This document shows positions 7,676 through 15,770 of a stretch of DNA of 51,347 bases, one piece after another. The translations under genes were made by a program, and so were the position numbers. The DNA comes from Deltaproteobacteria bacterium (GTDB taxonomy: Bacteria; Desulfobacterota; Desulfomonilia; UBA1062), in contig JAFGIF010000260.1 of NCBI GenBank assembly GCA_016929755.1, forward strand, positions 1 to 51,347, read 5' to 3'. Each line of letters starts with the position of its first letter. Within the stretch, counting starts at the first letter, position 1. Below the pieces are notes generated by a model, which did not search any database, had not been told where the DNA came from, and saw nothing but the letters and a program-made list of their open reading frames with translations.

Positions 7676-8232
7676 GAAATCGCAACACACTGGTTATTCT
7701 GACAGGACTGAGAGGCTGCGGAAAAACAAGCCTTCTGAAAAATCTGATCGAACGCCATGACCTTAATGTCCAGGGTTTTCTGAGCTGCAAGGAATTCAGC
7801 GGCTCTTTGATGACAGGCATCAATCTTGTTGTCCTGCCCGGGAAAACATCCATGCCAATGGCAACCACGACCCCGTTTTCCACCCCGGTTAGCACAGGGC
7901 GGTTTTATTTCTTTTCGGAAACATTCGGGCTTATAGAGCGCCATTTCAATACAATCAGACCCAAGATACCGTTTATTTTCGATGAGTTTGGTCAATTGGA
8001 GATGAGACAGGAGGGCCACTATCCCCTGTTTCAAAAACTCATTGAGAAAAACCATCCGTTGCTGCTGGTGGTACGTAAAGAAATGCTTGAAGAATTTCTG
8101 GCATCTTTGCCACAAGAAACCCTCTTTAACATCTTCGATATGGATGAAATGATTCATCAAGATATTAACAACTGTATGTTGGAATTTCTGGAAAATCCGG
8201 CATCCGCATGTACAACGAACAAGACTTATTGA
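7672..8232 (+). CDS. P-loop NTPase, THEP1/NTPase_1-like
   Basis: 186 aa with Walker A GLRGCGKTS at residues 12-20 and a Walker B-like IFDEFGQLEM, comparable to the IDEIGKME string of THEP1-type NTPases. The only start codon upstream of the P-loop is TTG at 7672, which overlaps the preceding stop (TTGA). Confidence 0.6.
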   Translation: MRNRNTLVILTGLRGCGKTSLLKNLIERHDLNVQGFLSCKEFSGSLMTGINLVVLPGKTSMPMATTTPFSTPVSTGRFYFFSETFGLIERHFNTIRPKIPFIFDEFGQLEMRQEGHYPLFQKLIEKNHPLLLVVRKEMLEEFLASLPQETLFNIFDMDEMIHQDINNCMLEFLENPASACTTNKTY

Positions 8233-8287
8233 CAAAAAATGGAAAGTCATTCAACAATATGAATATATCTTTCAATAGGAGGAAGCC

Positions 8288-8482
8288 ATGGAAGAGAATG
8301 TCAGCACTCTTGACCGGGTGGTAAGAGCTGTAGTTGCTATTCTGATCATCGTATTGTATCTCAAAGGCTGGATCAAGGGCCTCGCCGGACTGTTACTCGT
8401 TGTCAGCGGGGCTCTACTTTCAAGCGTGCTTTCCGGTTATTGTCCGCTTTACGAACAACTGGGCATCAGCACCAGGGAATAG
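8288..8482 (+). CDS. Small membrane protein, DUF2892 (YgaP C-terminal-like)
   Basis: 64 aa with LDRVVRAVVAILIIVLY ... GYCPLYEQLGIST, as in DUF2892 proteins. AGGAGG lies upstream of the ATG. Confidence 0.6.
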   Translation: MEENVSTLDRVVRAVVAILIIVLYLKGWIKGLAGLLLVVSGALLSSVLSGYCPLYEQLGISTRE

Positions 8483-8485
8483 AAC

Positions 8486-9025
8486 TCAGGCAGTTATTGT
8501 CTGCTTGATATAGCTGTGCATATAGTCAAAACCTGACCACAATGTGAAGAAAAAGGCGATCCACAAAAAGAATTCGCCTGCAACCTGGAAGCGAACCCCC
8601 AATATGGTGTAATGAAAGAGGAGCGGAATCAGGGCCGCACACTGAAAGGCTGTCTTGTATTTGCCAAGCCAGTTAGCGGCAATGATAATATGCTTTTCAG
8701 AGGCAAGACTTCGAAGCCCGGTCACAGCAATTTCCCGGCCTATTATCACCGCAACAATCCAGGCCGGAACCCTGCCCAGCGGGATTAAAAATATCAGAAC
8801 GGTAGCTATCAGTAATTTGTCCGCCAGAGGATCCAAAAGCTTGCCGAGATCGGATTCAATATTATATTTGCGCGCAATATGCCCATCCAGGAAATCGGTA
8901 ACGGTTGCCGCGATAAACAGCAGTGCGGCGATAAACGATGACCAGAAATCACCTGAAAAGAGCAATAATGCGATTACCGGTACAATCAGAATACGCGACA
9001 TGGTTAATGCATTCGGAATATTCAC
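8486..9025 (-). CDS. pgsA: CDP-diacylglycerol--glycerol-3-phosphate 3-phosphatidyltransferase
   Basis: CDP-alcohol phosphatidyltransferase motif DFLDGHIARKYNIESDLGKLLDPLADKL. 179 aa and multi-TM. Confidence 0.9.
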   Translation of the reverse strand: MNIPNALTMSRILIVPVIALLLFSGDFWSSFIAALLFIAATVTDFLDGHIARKYNIESDLGKLLDPLADKLLIATVLIFLIPLGRVPAWIVAVIIGREIAVTGLRSLASEKHIIIAANWLGKYKTAFQCAALIPLLFHYTILGVRFQVAGEFFLWIAFFFTLWSGFDYMHSYIKQTITA

Positions 9026-9031
9026 AAAAAA

Positions 9032-9634
9032 TTATTCTCCGCCTGAATTTAAAATTGTCAGTACATTTTTAACATATTCTCGCGTCTCTTGGTAGGGTGG
9101 AATTCCATTATAGATATCAACCATGGTCGGGCCTGCGTTGTATGCTGCCAGGGCCTTTACCAGGTCCCCATCGTAGCGCTTTAAAAGTTGGGCAATATAT
9201 CTTGTACCGGCCCTGATATTCTCTGCCGGATCCCACGGATCAGCCACACCCATTTCAGCAGCCGTATCTGGAAGCAACTGCATCAGACCGATTGCACCCT
9301 TGGAGGAGAGTGCTGTCGGTACAAAATTCGATTCCACCTCAATAATCCCCCGGATAAGCCGTGGCTCAATTCCATTGGTTTTGGCCGCTTGGCGAATCGT
9401 TTTTTCCAGACTGTGCGCATCACCCGGCATCTGGCTTGGCTTGGGCTTCTCCTGCATATACAACGTCCAATCATTCCCGCTCGGACAATCGGTAAAAATA
9501 AGCCTGCCATCAATAAGTTGCTTGACAAAAATATCGGCTCTGCTTTCAATGCTCATTGCCGGTATAAACACAGTGGCAATCAATAAAACCAAAAGCATCT
9601 TATGCGCAAGTGCATTAATTTTCAGTTTTCTCAT
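9032..9634 (-). CDS. Lytic transglycosylase (SLT domain) with signal peptide
   Basis: SLT motifs IIEVESNF, GAIGLMQLLPDTA and AAYNAGP, plus an N-terminal hydrophobic signal. Confidence 0.85.
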   Translation of the reverse strand: MRKLKINALAHKMLLVLLIATVFIPAMSIESRADIFVKQLIDGRLIFTDCPSGNDWTLYMQEKPKPSQMPGDAHSLEKTIRQAAKTNGIEPRLIRGIIEVESNFVPTALSSKGAIGLMQLLPDTAAEMGVADPWDPAENIRAGTRYIAQLLKRYDGDLVKALAAYNAGPTMVDIYNGIPPYQETREYVKNVLTILNSGGE

Positions 9635-9677
9635 ACCTGCTGCAGATTCCCTCGCGGTTTAAATATTTGAGCAATCA

Positions 9678-11195
9678 TCATTGCAGGGTTTTCTCCCGGT
9701 CGCTTTTCACGATCAGCTTCTTGGGAAGACAAATTCGCATGTGGGTTCCCTTGCCCTCTGTACTGTTTACCGTAATGAAACCGTGGTGCTCTTCAATAAT
9801 CATGTACACTTTTGAGAGTCCCGTGCCGGCACCGTAAACCTTGGAAGTATAAAATGGGTTAAAGATATCATGGATTTCATCAGCAGGGATGCCCCTGCCT
9901 GTATCAATTACGTTCACGATAATGAATTTTTGATTGATACTAACACTGATCGTCAAAGTGCCACTGCCTTCCATGGCCTCGCAGGCATTGACGAACAGAT
10001 GCCAGAACGCTTCTATGAGCGAATTGCGGTCCGCATTGATTTCCTCAAGCTCAGATGGAATGTCAACCTCATATTGGATTCCTGTAAGATCTTGTTTAGA
10101 AAAAGTTTGTATCAATGCCTCATCGATAACGTCCTCAATACTTACCTTGGAAAATGACAATTTATGGATTTTGGCATAATTGGCGTATTCCTCAATATCT
10201 GAAACCATTTTTTCCAGTCGCTCTACATCGCCAATAATATATTCCAAGTAAATTTTCTGATGGGTTCCGGGTTCGATCAGACGTTCCAGCCTTCTGGTAA
10301 ATCCGCCCAGCGAAGTCAGAGAATTTCTTATTTCATGTGCAACTCCCTCGACGACATTGCCCAGGGAAGCAAGCTTTTCAGCATTAATGATCTGTCTGCG
10401 CATCTCTTCCACTTGGGAAAGATCCCTGACAACAATCACTATGCCGCCTTTATACTTGCCTTGTTTCAATGGGGAAAGCGTTACCAGGCCTGCAAACGTA
10501 CTGCCGTCAATCCTTTTGAAAAGATGCTCGCGTTCAAAACGCTCCATTCCCTGCTCAAGCGAAGATTTAATATCACCCAGAATATCGTCTCCGGGATCGT
10601 CAAAGAGAACGCCCAAAAATTGACCTTTCAACTCTGCGTCATTCCCCCACAGCTCTTTGGCCATGGGATTCATGAATTGGATATAGCCTTCAGAATCTAC
10701 CGTGACAACCGCTTCTCCAATGGCTTCGGTAATCGTGACCAGAAAGTCCTTATACGCATCACCCCGGTCTCTCAATCGCAGGGTTTCCATCAGAATTTCA
10801 TGATCCCGGATCAACTTATTGGCAAGTTGTACCATCTCGGGCATTGAAATCGGCTTGGAAATATAATCATCAGCGCCGGCTTTCATGGCCTGCACAGCCA
10901 CATCTTCCGATCCTTCCCCTGTGATGAATACTACCGGCGCGTTGGGGTCTTTGGCCTTGATCTCTTTAAGCACATCCATGCCATCCTTGCCGGGCATGCG
11001 GTAATCTAGAAAGACCAGATCCGGCATCTCCTCTTCAAAGGCTTTGAGCGCTTCGAGCCCATCGAAGGCCTGGATGACCTGAAAACCGTAATCACCGAGA
11101 ACTTCCATTATAGAATCGTTCACATACCGATTGTCATCAGCAATTACGATTTTGCGTTTTTTTACAACGTCCTCTCCCATTCCTGTTTCTTCCAT
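9678..11195 (-). CDS. Hybrid response-regulator receiver / PAS / histidine kinase
   Basis: Receiver domain (KIVIADDN ... DLVFLDYRMPGKDGMDVL ... VVFITG ... KPI). A PAS-like middle region. H-box VAHEIRNSL and ATPase boxes DTGRGIP and GAGTGLS. The start may be the ATG at 11180. The 5' end overlaps the folK 3' end. Confidence 0.85.
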   Translation of the reverse strand: MEETGMGEDVVKKRKIVIADDNRYVNDSIMEVLGDYGFQVIQAFDGLEALKAFEEEMPDLVFLDYRMPGKDGMDVLKEIKAKDPNAPVVFITGEGSEDVAVQAMKAGADDYISKPISMPEMVQLANKLIRDHEILMETLRLRDRGDAYKDFLVTITEAIGEAVVTVDSEGYIQFMNPMAKELWGNDAELKGQFLGVLFDDPGDDILGDIKSSLEQGMERFEREHLFKRIDGSTFAGLVTLSPLKQGKYKGGIVIVVRDLSQVEEMRRQIINAEKLASLGNVVEGVAHEIRNSLTSLGGFTRRLERLIEPGTHQKIYLEYIIGDVERLEKMVSDIEEYANYAKIHKLSFSKVSIEDVIDEALIQTFSKQDLTGIQYEVDIPSELEEINADRNSLIEAFWHLFVNACEAMEGSGTLTISVSINQKFIIVNVIDTGRGIPADEIHDIFNPFYTSKVYGAGTGLSKVYMIIEEHHGFITVNSTEGKGTHMRICLPKKLIVKSDREKTLQ

Positions 11196-11665
11196 ACAAG
11201 TACTATCTCGTCATCTCCCAAAGCTTTCTTAACGTCCTGTATATGCCTTCCTGATGGAAGAATAATGTCAGGCGCTATCTCTGAGAGGGGGTACATCACA
11301 AAGGAACGTGACTCCATTCTCGGGTGAGGCACCTGAAGTTCTGCCGTTGTTATTGTAATGCCTTCAAGGGCAAGGATGTCAATATCAATACTGCGGGGTG
11401 CATGATAATAAGGCCGTTGCCTGCCCAGGGCATCTTCAACCTGATGACAGATCTGCAGCAGTTCAAAAGGCCTTAAGATGGTTTCCATTTTTATAACCAT
11501 ATTAAAATAGGCCCGTTGAGGATGGATTACCTCAAGGGCCTTTGTTTCGTAAATACTTGATTGATCGATTATTCTGATACCGTATGCCGGCAGACAGTCC
11601 CGGGCCCGCTGCAGATTGAGTAATCTGTCTCCAAGGTTGGCGCCGAGAGAGAGAAACCCTTTCAT
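11162..11665 (-). CDS. folK: 2-amino-4-hydroxy-6-hydroxymethyldihydropteridine pyrophosphokinase
   Basis: LSLGANLGDR, HAPRSIDIDIL and VPHPRM are characteristic HPPK motifs. 167 aa. Confidence 0.9.
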   Translation of the reverse strand: MKGFLSLGANLGDRLLNLQRARDCLPAYGIRIIDQSSIYETKALEVIHPQRAYFNMVIKMETILRPFELLQICHQVEDALGRQRPYYHAPRSIDIDILALEGITITTAELQVPHPRMESRSFVMYPLSEIAPDIILPSGRHIQDVKKALGDDEIVLVWKKQEWERTL

Positions 11666-12409
11666 TCAGGAAACCTTGTTCTGCAAGACTCCTATACCCT
11701 CGATCTCAACCTGAATGGAATCACCCGGTTCCATTGGCCCAATGCCGGAAGGGGTACCGGTCGCAATTACATCACCCATCTCCAGAGTCATGATCATGGA
11801 AATAAAACTAATAAGCTCATATACATTGAATATCAGGTTGGATGTATTCGAAGACTGTTTCACTTCTGAGTTGAGTCTGGCTGAAACTGCCAGGTTATGA
11901 GGATCCTCCAGGTCTGTGACGATCCATGGCCCGATGGGCGAAAAAGTATCAAAAGATTTTGCCCGTGTCCACTGGCCATCCTTGATCTGGAGGTCACGCG
12001 CAGTCACATCGTTGAAACAGGTGTATCCTAAAATGTAGTCCTTGGCATGTTCCTGTTTGATATTTCTGCATCGCCTCGAGATTACTACGGCCAGTTCAGC
12101 CTCGTAATCCAGACGGGTCGACTGGGAAGGATAGCAAATTTCGTCACCGGGACCGATTACGCTGCTCGATGGCTTCAGAAACAGTATCGGCTCTAAAGGA
12201 ACCTCCAACCCGAGTTCGCGGGCATGATCCCGGTAATTCAGTCCAACCGCTACGATTTTTGTCGGTTGCACCGGGGCCAGGATCTGCTTGATATCCAGAG
12301 GGTTTCCCTTTTTTCTGCTTTCAAAGTCCCATGTATGGAACTGCGATCCATCATCACTCGCAAACCAGACGGCGGTTCCGCCACTCTCGATTCCTCTGCC
12401 GATTTTCAT
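11666..12409 (-). CDS. Fumarylacetoacetate hydrolase (FAH) family protein
   Basis: KIVAVGLNYRDHARELG ... DYEAELAVVI ... GDVIATGTPSGIG are typical of the FAH family. I chose the start at 12409 (MKIGR), 1 nt after the dapB stop. The ORF-track start at 12427 is an alternative. Confidence 0.85.
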   Translation of the reverse strand: MKIGRGIESGGTAVWFASDDGSQFHTWDFESRKKGNPLDIKQILAPVQPTKIVAVGLNYRDHARELGLEVPLEPILFLKPSSSVIGPGDEICYPSQSTRLDYEAELAVVISRRCRNIKQEHAKDYILGYTCFNDVTARDLQIKDGQWTRAKSFDTFSPIGPWIVTDLEDPHNLAVSARLNSEVKQSSNTSNLIFNVYELISFISMIMTLEMGDVIATGTPSGIGPMEPGDSIQVEIEGIGVLQNKVS

Positions 12410-12410
12410 C

Positions 12411-13211
12411 TTACAACCCCAACACATCGATCATTGAATACAACCCGGGACCTTTACCGTCCAGCCATTTTGCGGCTCGCAGGGCTCCCTTTGCAAAATT
12501 CTCCCGTGAATGCGCCCGGTGGGTGATTTCAATCCGTTCGCCGGTGCCTGCAAACAGCACTGTATGCTCCCCAACGATATCTCCGGCCCTTAACGTCTGA
12601 ATGCCGATTTCGCCTTGAGAGCGCTCCCCGATAATGCCGTTGCGCTCATAACGTGCATGATCGCTCAACTCAACACCCCGGGCCTGGGCAACACGCTGCG
12701 CCAAACCCTTGGCCGTGCCGGACGGTGCATCCTTCTTGAATCGGTGGTGGGTCTCAACGATTTCGATATCATAGTCTTCACCGAGCATTTCTGTAAGCAT
12801 CCCGACCGCTTTGAACATCACATTCACCCCGATGCTCATATTAGGCGCCATAACTATAGGTATCTTGCCGGCCAGATCAATCAGAGTATCCTTTTGTTCA
12901 TCACTGAACCCGGTTGTCCCGATCACCATGGCCTTACCTTGAATCGAGGCATACCAGACATTCTTCATGCTGGCCTTGGGCAGCGAAAAATCAATAATTA
13001 TCGAACACTCGCCAAATGCCTGATTCAGATCAGATGTGAGCGCGACCTGCAAAGGCTTAGATCCAATCACAAACCCGACATCGGTACCGATCAGGGAGTG
13101 ACCCTCGATCTCCGTTGCCCCGCCCAAGACCATATCATCGCTGGCAACAACACCTTCTGCAAGCATACGTCCCATTCTGCCTGCGACACCGACCACACCG
13201 ACTTTCAACAT
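12411..13211 (-). CDS. dapB: 4-hydroxy-tetrahydrodipicolinate reductase
   Basis: MLKVGVVGVAGRMG N-terminal NAD(P) fold, ETHHRFKKDAPSGTA and IRAGDIVGEHTVLF, the classical DapB motifs. Confidence 0.95.
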   Translation of the reverse strand: MLKVGVVGVAGRMGRMLAEGVVASDDMVLGGATEIEGHSLIGTDVGFVIGSKPLQVALTSDLNQAFGECSIIIDFSLPKASMKNVWYASIQGKAMVIGTTGFSDEQKDTLIDLAGKIPIVMAPNMSIGVNVMFKAVGMLTEMLGEDYDIEIVETHHRFKKDAPSGTAKGLAQRVAQARGVELSDHARYERNGIIGERSQGEIGIQTLRAGDIVGEHTVLFAGTGERIEITHRAHSRENFAKGALRAAKWLDGKGPGLYSMIDVLGL

Positions 13212-13228
13212 AGTCTACCCCCTGAAAG

Positions 13229-14101
13229 CTAAACGCATCCGTACGATCTGAGTACACCGAGCAGTTTCTCCCGGTTATCGGCTGCCATGGTACACAGCGG
13301 CAATCGGAATTCTTCCGTGATCTTGCCCATCATGGCCAGGGCGGTTTTTACCGGGATGGGATTTGTCTCGAGGAACATGGCATCATGAATGTCCAGCAGG
13401 TCAAAATGAATCTCTCTGGCTTTCTCGACATCATGATTGAACCAAGCATCCATCATGGCGGCCATCTTGTCCGGCACAACATTAGCCGTGACCGAGATAG
13501 CGCCTTTGCCTCCCAAGGAGAGGATGGGCAGATTCAAGGCATCTTCTCCAGAGAGAACACTGAAGTCACTCGGAGAATTTCTTACAATCCGTGCACATTT
13601 TACCAGGTCGCCGCTGGCCTCTTTCACTCCCACAATCGTATCAATTTCAGCCAGTGAAATAACCGTCTCGGCAGCCATGTTGCAGCCGGTCCTGGAAGGC
13701 ACATTATAGAGAACCTGTGGAATGTCACAGGCAAGAGCTACGGCCTTATAATGTTCATAGAGCCCTTTCTGGGTAGGCTTGTTATAATAGGGGGTAATCA
13801 AAAGAGCGCCGTCGGCACCTGCCTCACGGGCATGCCTGGTGAGCCTGATAGCCTCCTCCGTCGAATTTGAACCGGTTCCGGCAATTACAAAAACCCTGCC
13901 CTTGACTTCATCTATAGTTATATCGATCACCAGTTGGTGCTCGACATGGCTCAAGGTGGCAGATTCTCCGGTCGTGCCACAGGGAACGATCCCGGAAATG
14001 CCTGATTCAATCTGAAAATTTATAAGCTTTCTCAGAGAATCCTCATCAACTTTGCCATTCTTGAATGGCGTTACAATTGCTGTTATTGCGCCTGAAAACA
14101 T
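13229..14101 (-). CDS. dapA: 4-hydroxy-tetrahydrodipicolinate synthase
   Basis: AIVTPF ... GTTGESATLS ... YNVPSRTG ... GVKEASGD are DapA hallmarks. Confidence 0.95.
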   Translation of the reverse strand: MFSGAITAIVTPFKNGKVDEDSLRKLINFQIESGISGIVPCGTTGESATLSHVEHQLVIDITIDEVKGRVFVIAGTGSNSTEEAIRLTRHAREAGADGALLITPYYNKPTQKGLYEHYKAVALACDIPQVLYNVPSRTGCNMAAETVISLAEIDTIVGVKEASGDLVKCARIVRNSPSDFSVLSGEDALNLPILSLGGKGAISVTANVVPDKMAAMMDAWFNHDVEKAREIHFDLLDIHDAMFLETNPIPVKTALAMMGKITEEFRLPLCTMAADNREKLLGVLRSYGCV

Positions 14102-14111
14102 CTTCTACCTC

Positions 14112-15374
14112 CTATTTCTGCAATATTTCATCGGGCAGGATTTCTTCAGCTACAAGGTCTTCGTAGGTCTGTCGTTTTGTAACCACAAAGTATTGTGCCC
14201 CGTCCACCAGGATCTCGGCTGACTTGGGTCGCGAGTTGTAATTGGATGCCATGGTAAACCCGTAGGCTCCGGCACTCATAACAGCGACCAGATCTCCCCG
14301 GGACAAGTGGGGAAGATTGCGGTCCTTGGCAAGGAAATCACCACTCTCACAAATGGGACCCACAACGTCCGCCTTTTGTCTGCCGGCATGATTTTCTCTA
14401 AGAGGCCAAATATCATGATAGGCATTATACAGCGAGGGCCTGATGAGATCATTCATCCCGGCATCCACTACCACAAAGATTTTACCGGATCTTTGTTTGC
14501 GATACAATACCTTGGTTACCAGAATGCCCGTATTGCCGATGATTACTCTACCGGGCTCGAATATGAGTTTTAACCCAAGTCCTTCGACTGCTTCCCTGAT
14601 GGCCTTAACGTATTCATTCGGATGCGGGGGTTCTTCATCGGAGTAAGTGATACCCAATCCTCCGCCGAGATCCAGGTAACGAAACTCTATACCGTGTTCT
14701 TTCAGACGCGCAATCAGAAACTTCAACCGCTCAATCGCGTCGATAAATGGCCTCAACTCGGTAAGCTGGCTGCCGATATGGCAATCTATGCCCACGACAT
14801 CAAGATATTCCATTTCCTTGGCCTTAAGGTATTGAGCAATGGAACCTTCGACATCGATACCGAACTTGTTCTCTTTCAGGCCGGTCGAGATATAGGGGTG
14901 GGTCTGAGCATCCACATCAGGGTTGACCCGTATCGATATGGCGACTTTTTTGCCGAGAGCTTGGGCTTGCTCGTGGATTACCTCGAGTTCTTCCTCGCTC
15001 TCGATATTAAACATCATGATGCCCGCATTGATAGCCATGTCGATCTCTTCCACGGTCTTGCCCACTCCGGAGTAGACAATTTTTGAACCATCGATTCCGG
15101 CCTTCAATGCCCTATAGAGCTCCCCGCCCGAGACCACATCCGCACCAAGACCCTGCCCGGCCATGTATGACAGAATCGCCATACTCGAGTTGGCCTTCAT
15201 GGCAAAACAGGTTTGATGATCCACACCGGCAAGAGGTCCTTCGAAAGCCTGTATATGCCGACGAATGGTCGGCAGGCTGTAGCAGAAAAATGGAGTCCCA
15301 ACATCTTTAGCGATCTTTGCCAAATCAATGTCACCGCAGTAAAGCTTACCTTGTTTGTACATAAAATCATGCAT
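14112..15374 (-). CDS. lysA: Diaminopimelate decarboxylase
   Basis: 420 aa with PLP-dependent Orn/DAP/Arg decarboxylase motifs (FAMKANS, LDLGGGLG, CESGD). Confidence 0.95.
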   Translation of the reverse strand: MHDFMYKQGKLYCGDIDLAKIAKDVGTPFFCYSLPTIRRHIQAFEGPLAGVDHQTCFAMKANSSMAILSYMAGQGLGADVVSGGELYRALKAGIDGSKIVYSGVGKTVEEIDMAINAGIMMFNIESEEELEVIHEQAQALGKKVAISIRVNPDVDAQTHPYISTGLKENKFGIDVEGSIAQYLKAKEMEYLDVVGIDCHIGSQLTELRPFIDAIERLKFLIARLKEHGIEFRYLDLGGGLGITYSDEEPPHPNEYVKAIREAVEGLGLKLIFEPGRVIIGNTGILVTKVLYRKQRSGKIFVVVDAGMNDLIRPSLYNAYHDIWPLRENHAGRQKADVVGPICESGDFLAKDRNLPHLSRGDLVAVMSAGAYGFTMASNYNSRPKSAEILVDGAQYFVVTKRQTYEDLVAEEILPDEILQK

Positions 15375-15395
15375 AACCGTTGATCCTTACCATTT

Positions 15396-15770
15396 TCAGT
15401 TACATCTTATCTTTGCATCACTTAACCAGAATGATGTACCCTTCGCAAGCCCTACACGATACACCATGCATCTGGTCTCCGGCTCAGTATCCTTGAGCAC
15501 ATACATGCCCTCTCTATCGATGGGAAGTTCCATCTTTTGCTTGAGATCATCCGTACAGGCCGGACATAGTCCTTTGGGTTTTCCCAGTAGAACCAGATTG
15601 TCCCCCGGGGCATTACATCTGACTTTGACCACGAATGTGTCATGAGTAAACTTAATCGATACCACTTCCACCGGGTCGGGTGTTCCTGGTGGAAGTGGCG
15701 GCAGTTTGCGGCCGCAACCCGCACATAGTACAAGAATTAATAATATAATTGTGGCAAGCTTATTTCTCAT
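15396..15770 (-). CDS. Cys-rich putative lipoprotein of unknown function
   Basis: [20 protein letters not shown] is a signal peptide with a lipobox-like CAGC. 124 aa with 8 Cys, including CPAC. Overlaps the argH 3' end by 11 nt and sits 21 nt upstream of lysA. Confidence 0.6.
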   Translation of the reverse strand: MRNKLATIILLILVLCAGCGRKLPPLPPGTPDPVEVVSIKFTHDTFVVKVRCNAPGDNLVLLGKPKGLCPACTDDLKQKMELPIDREGMYVLKDTEPETRCMVYRVGLAKGTSFWLSDAKIRCN

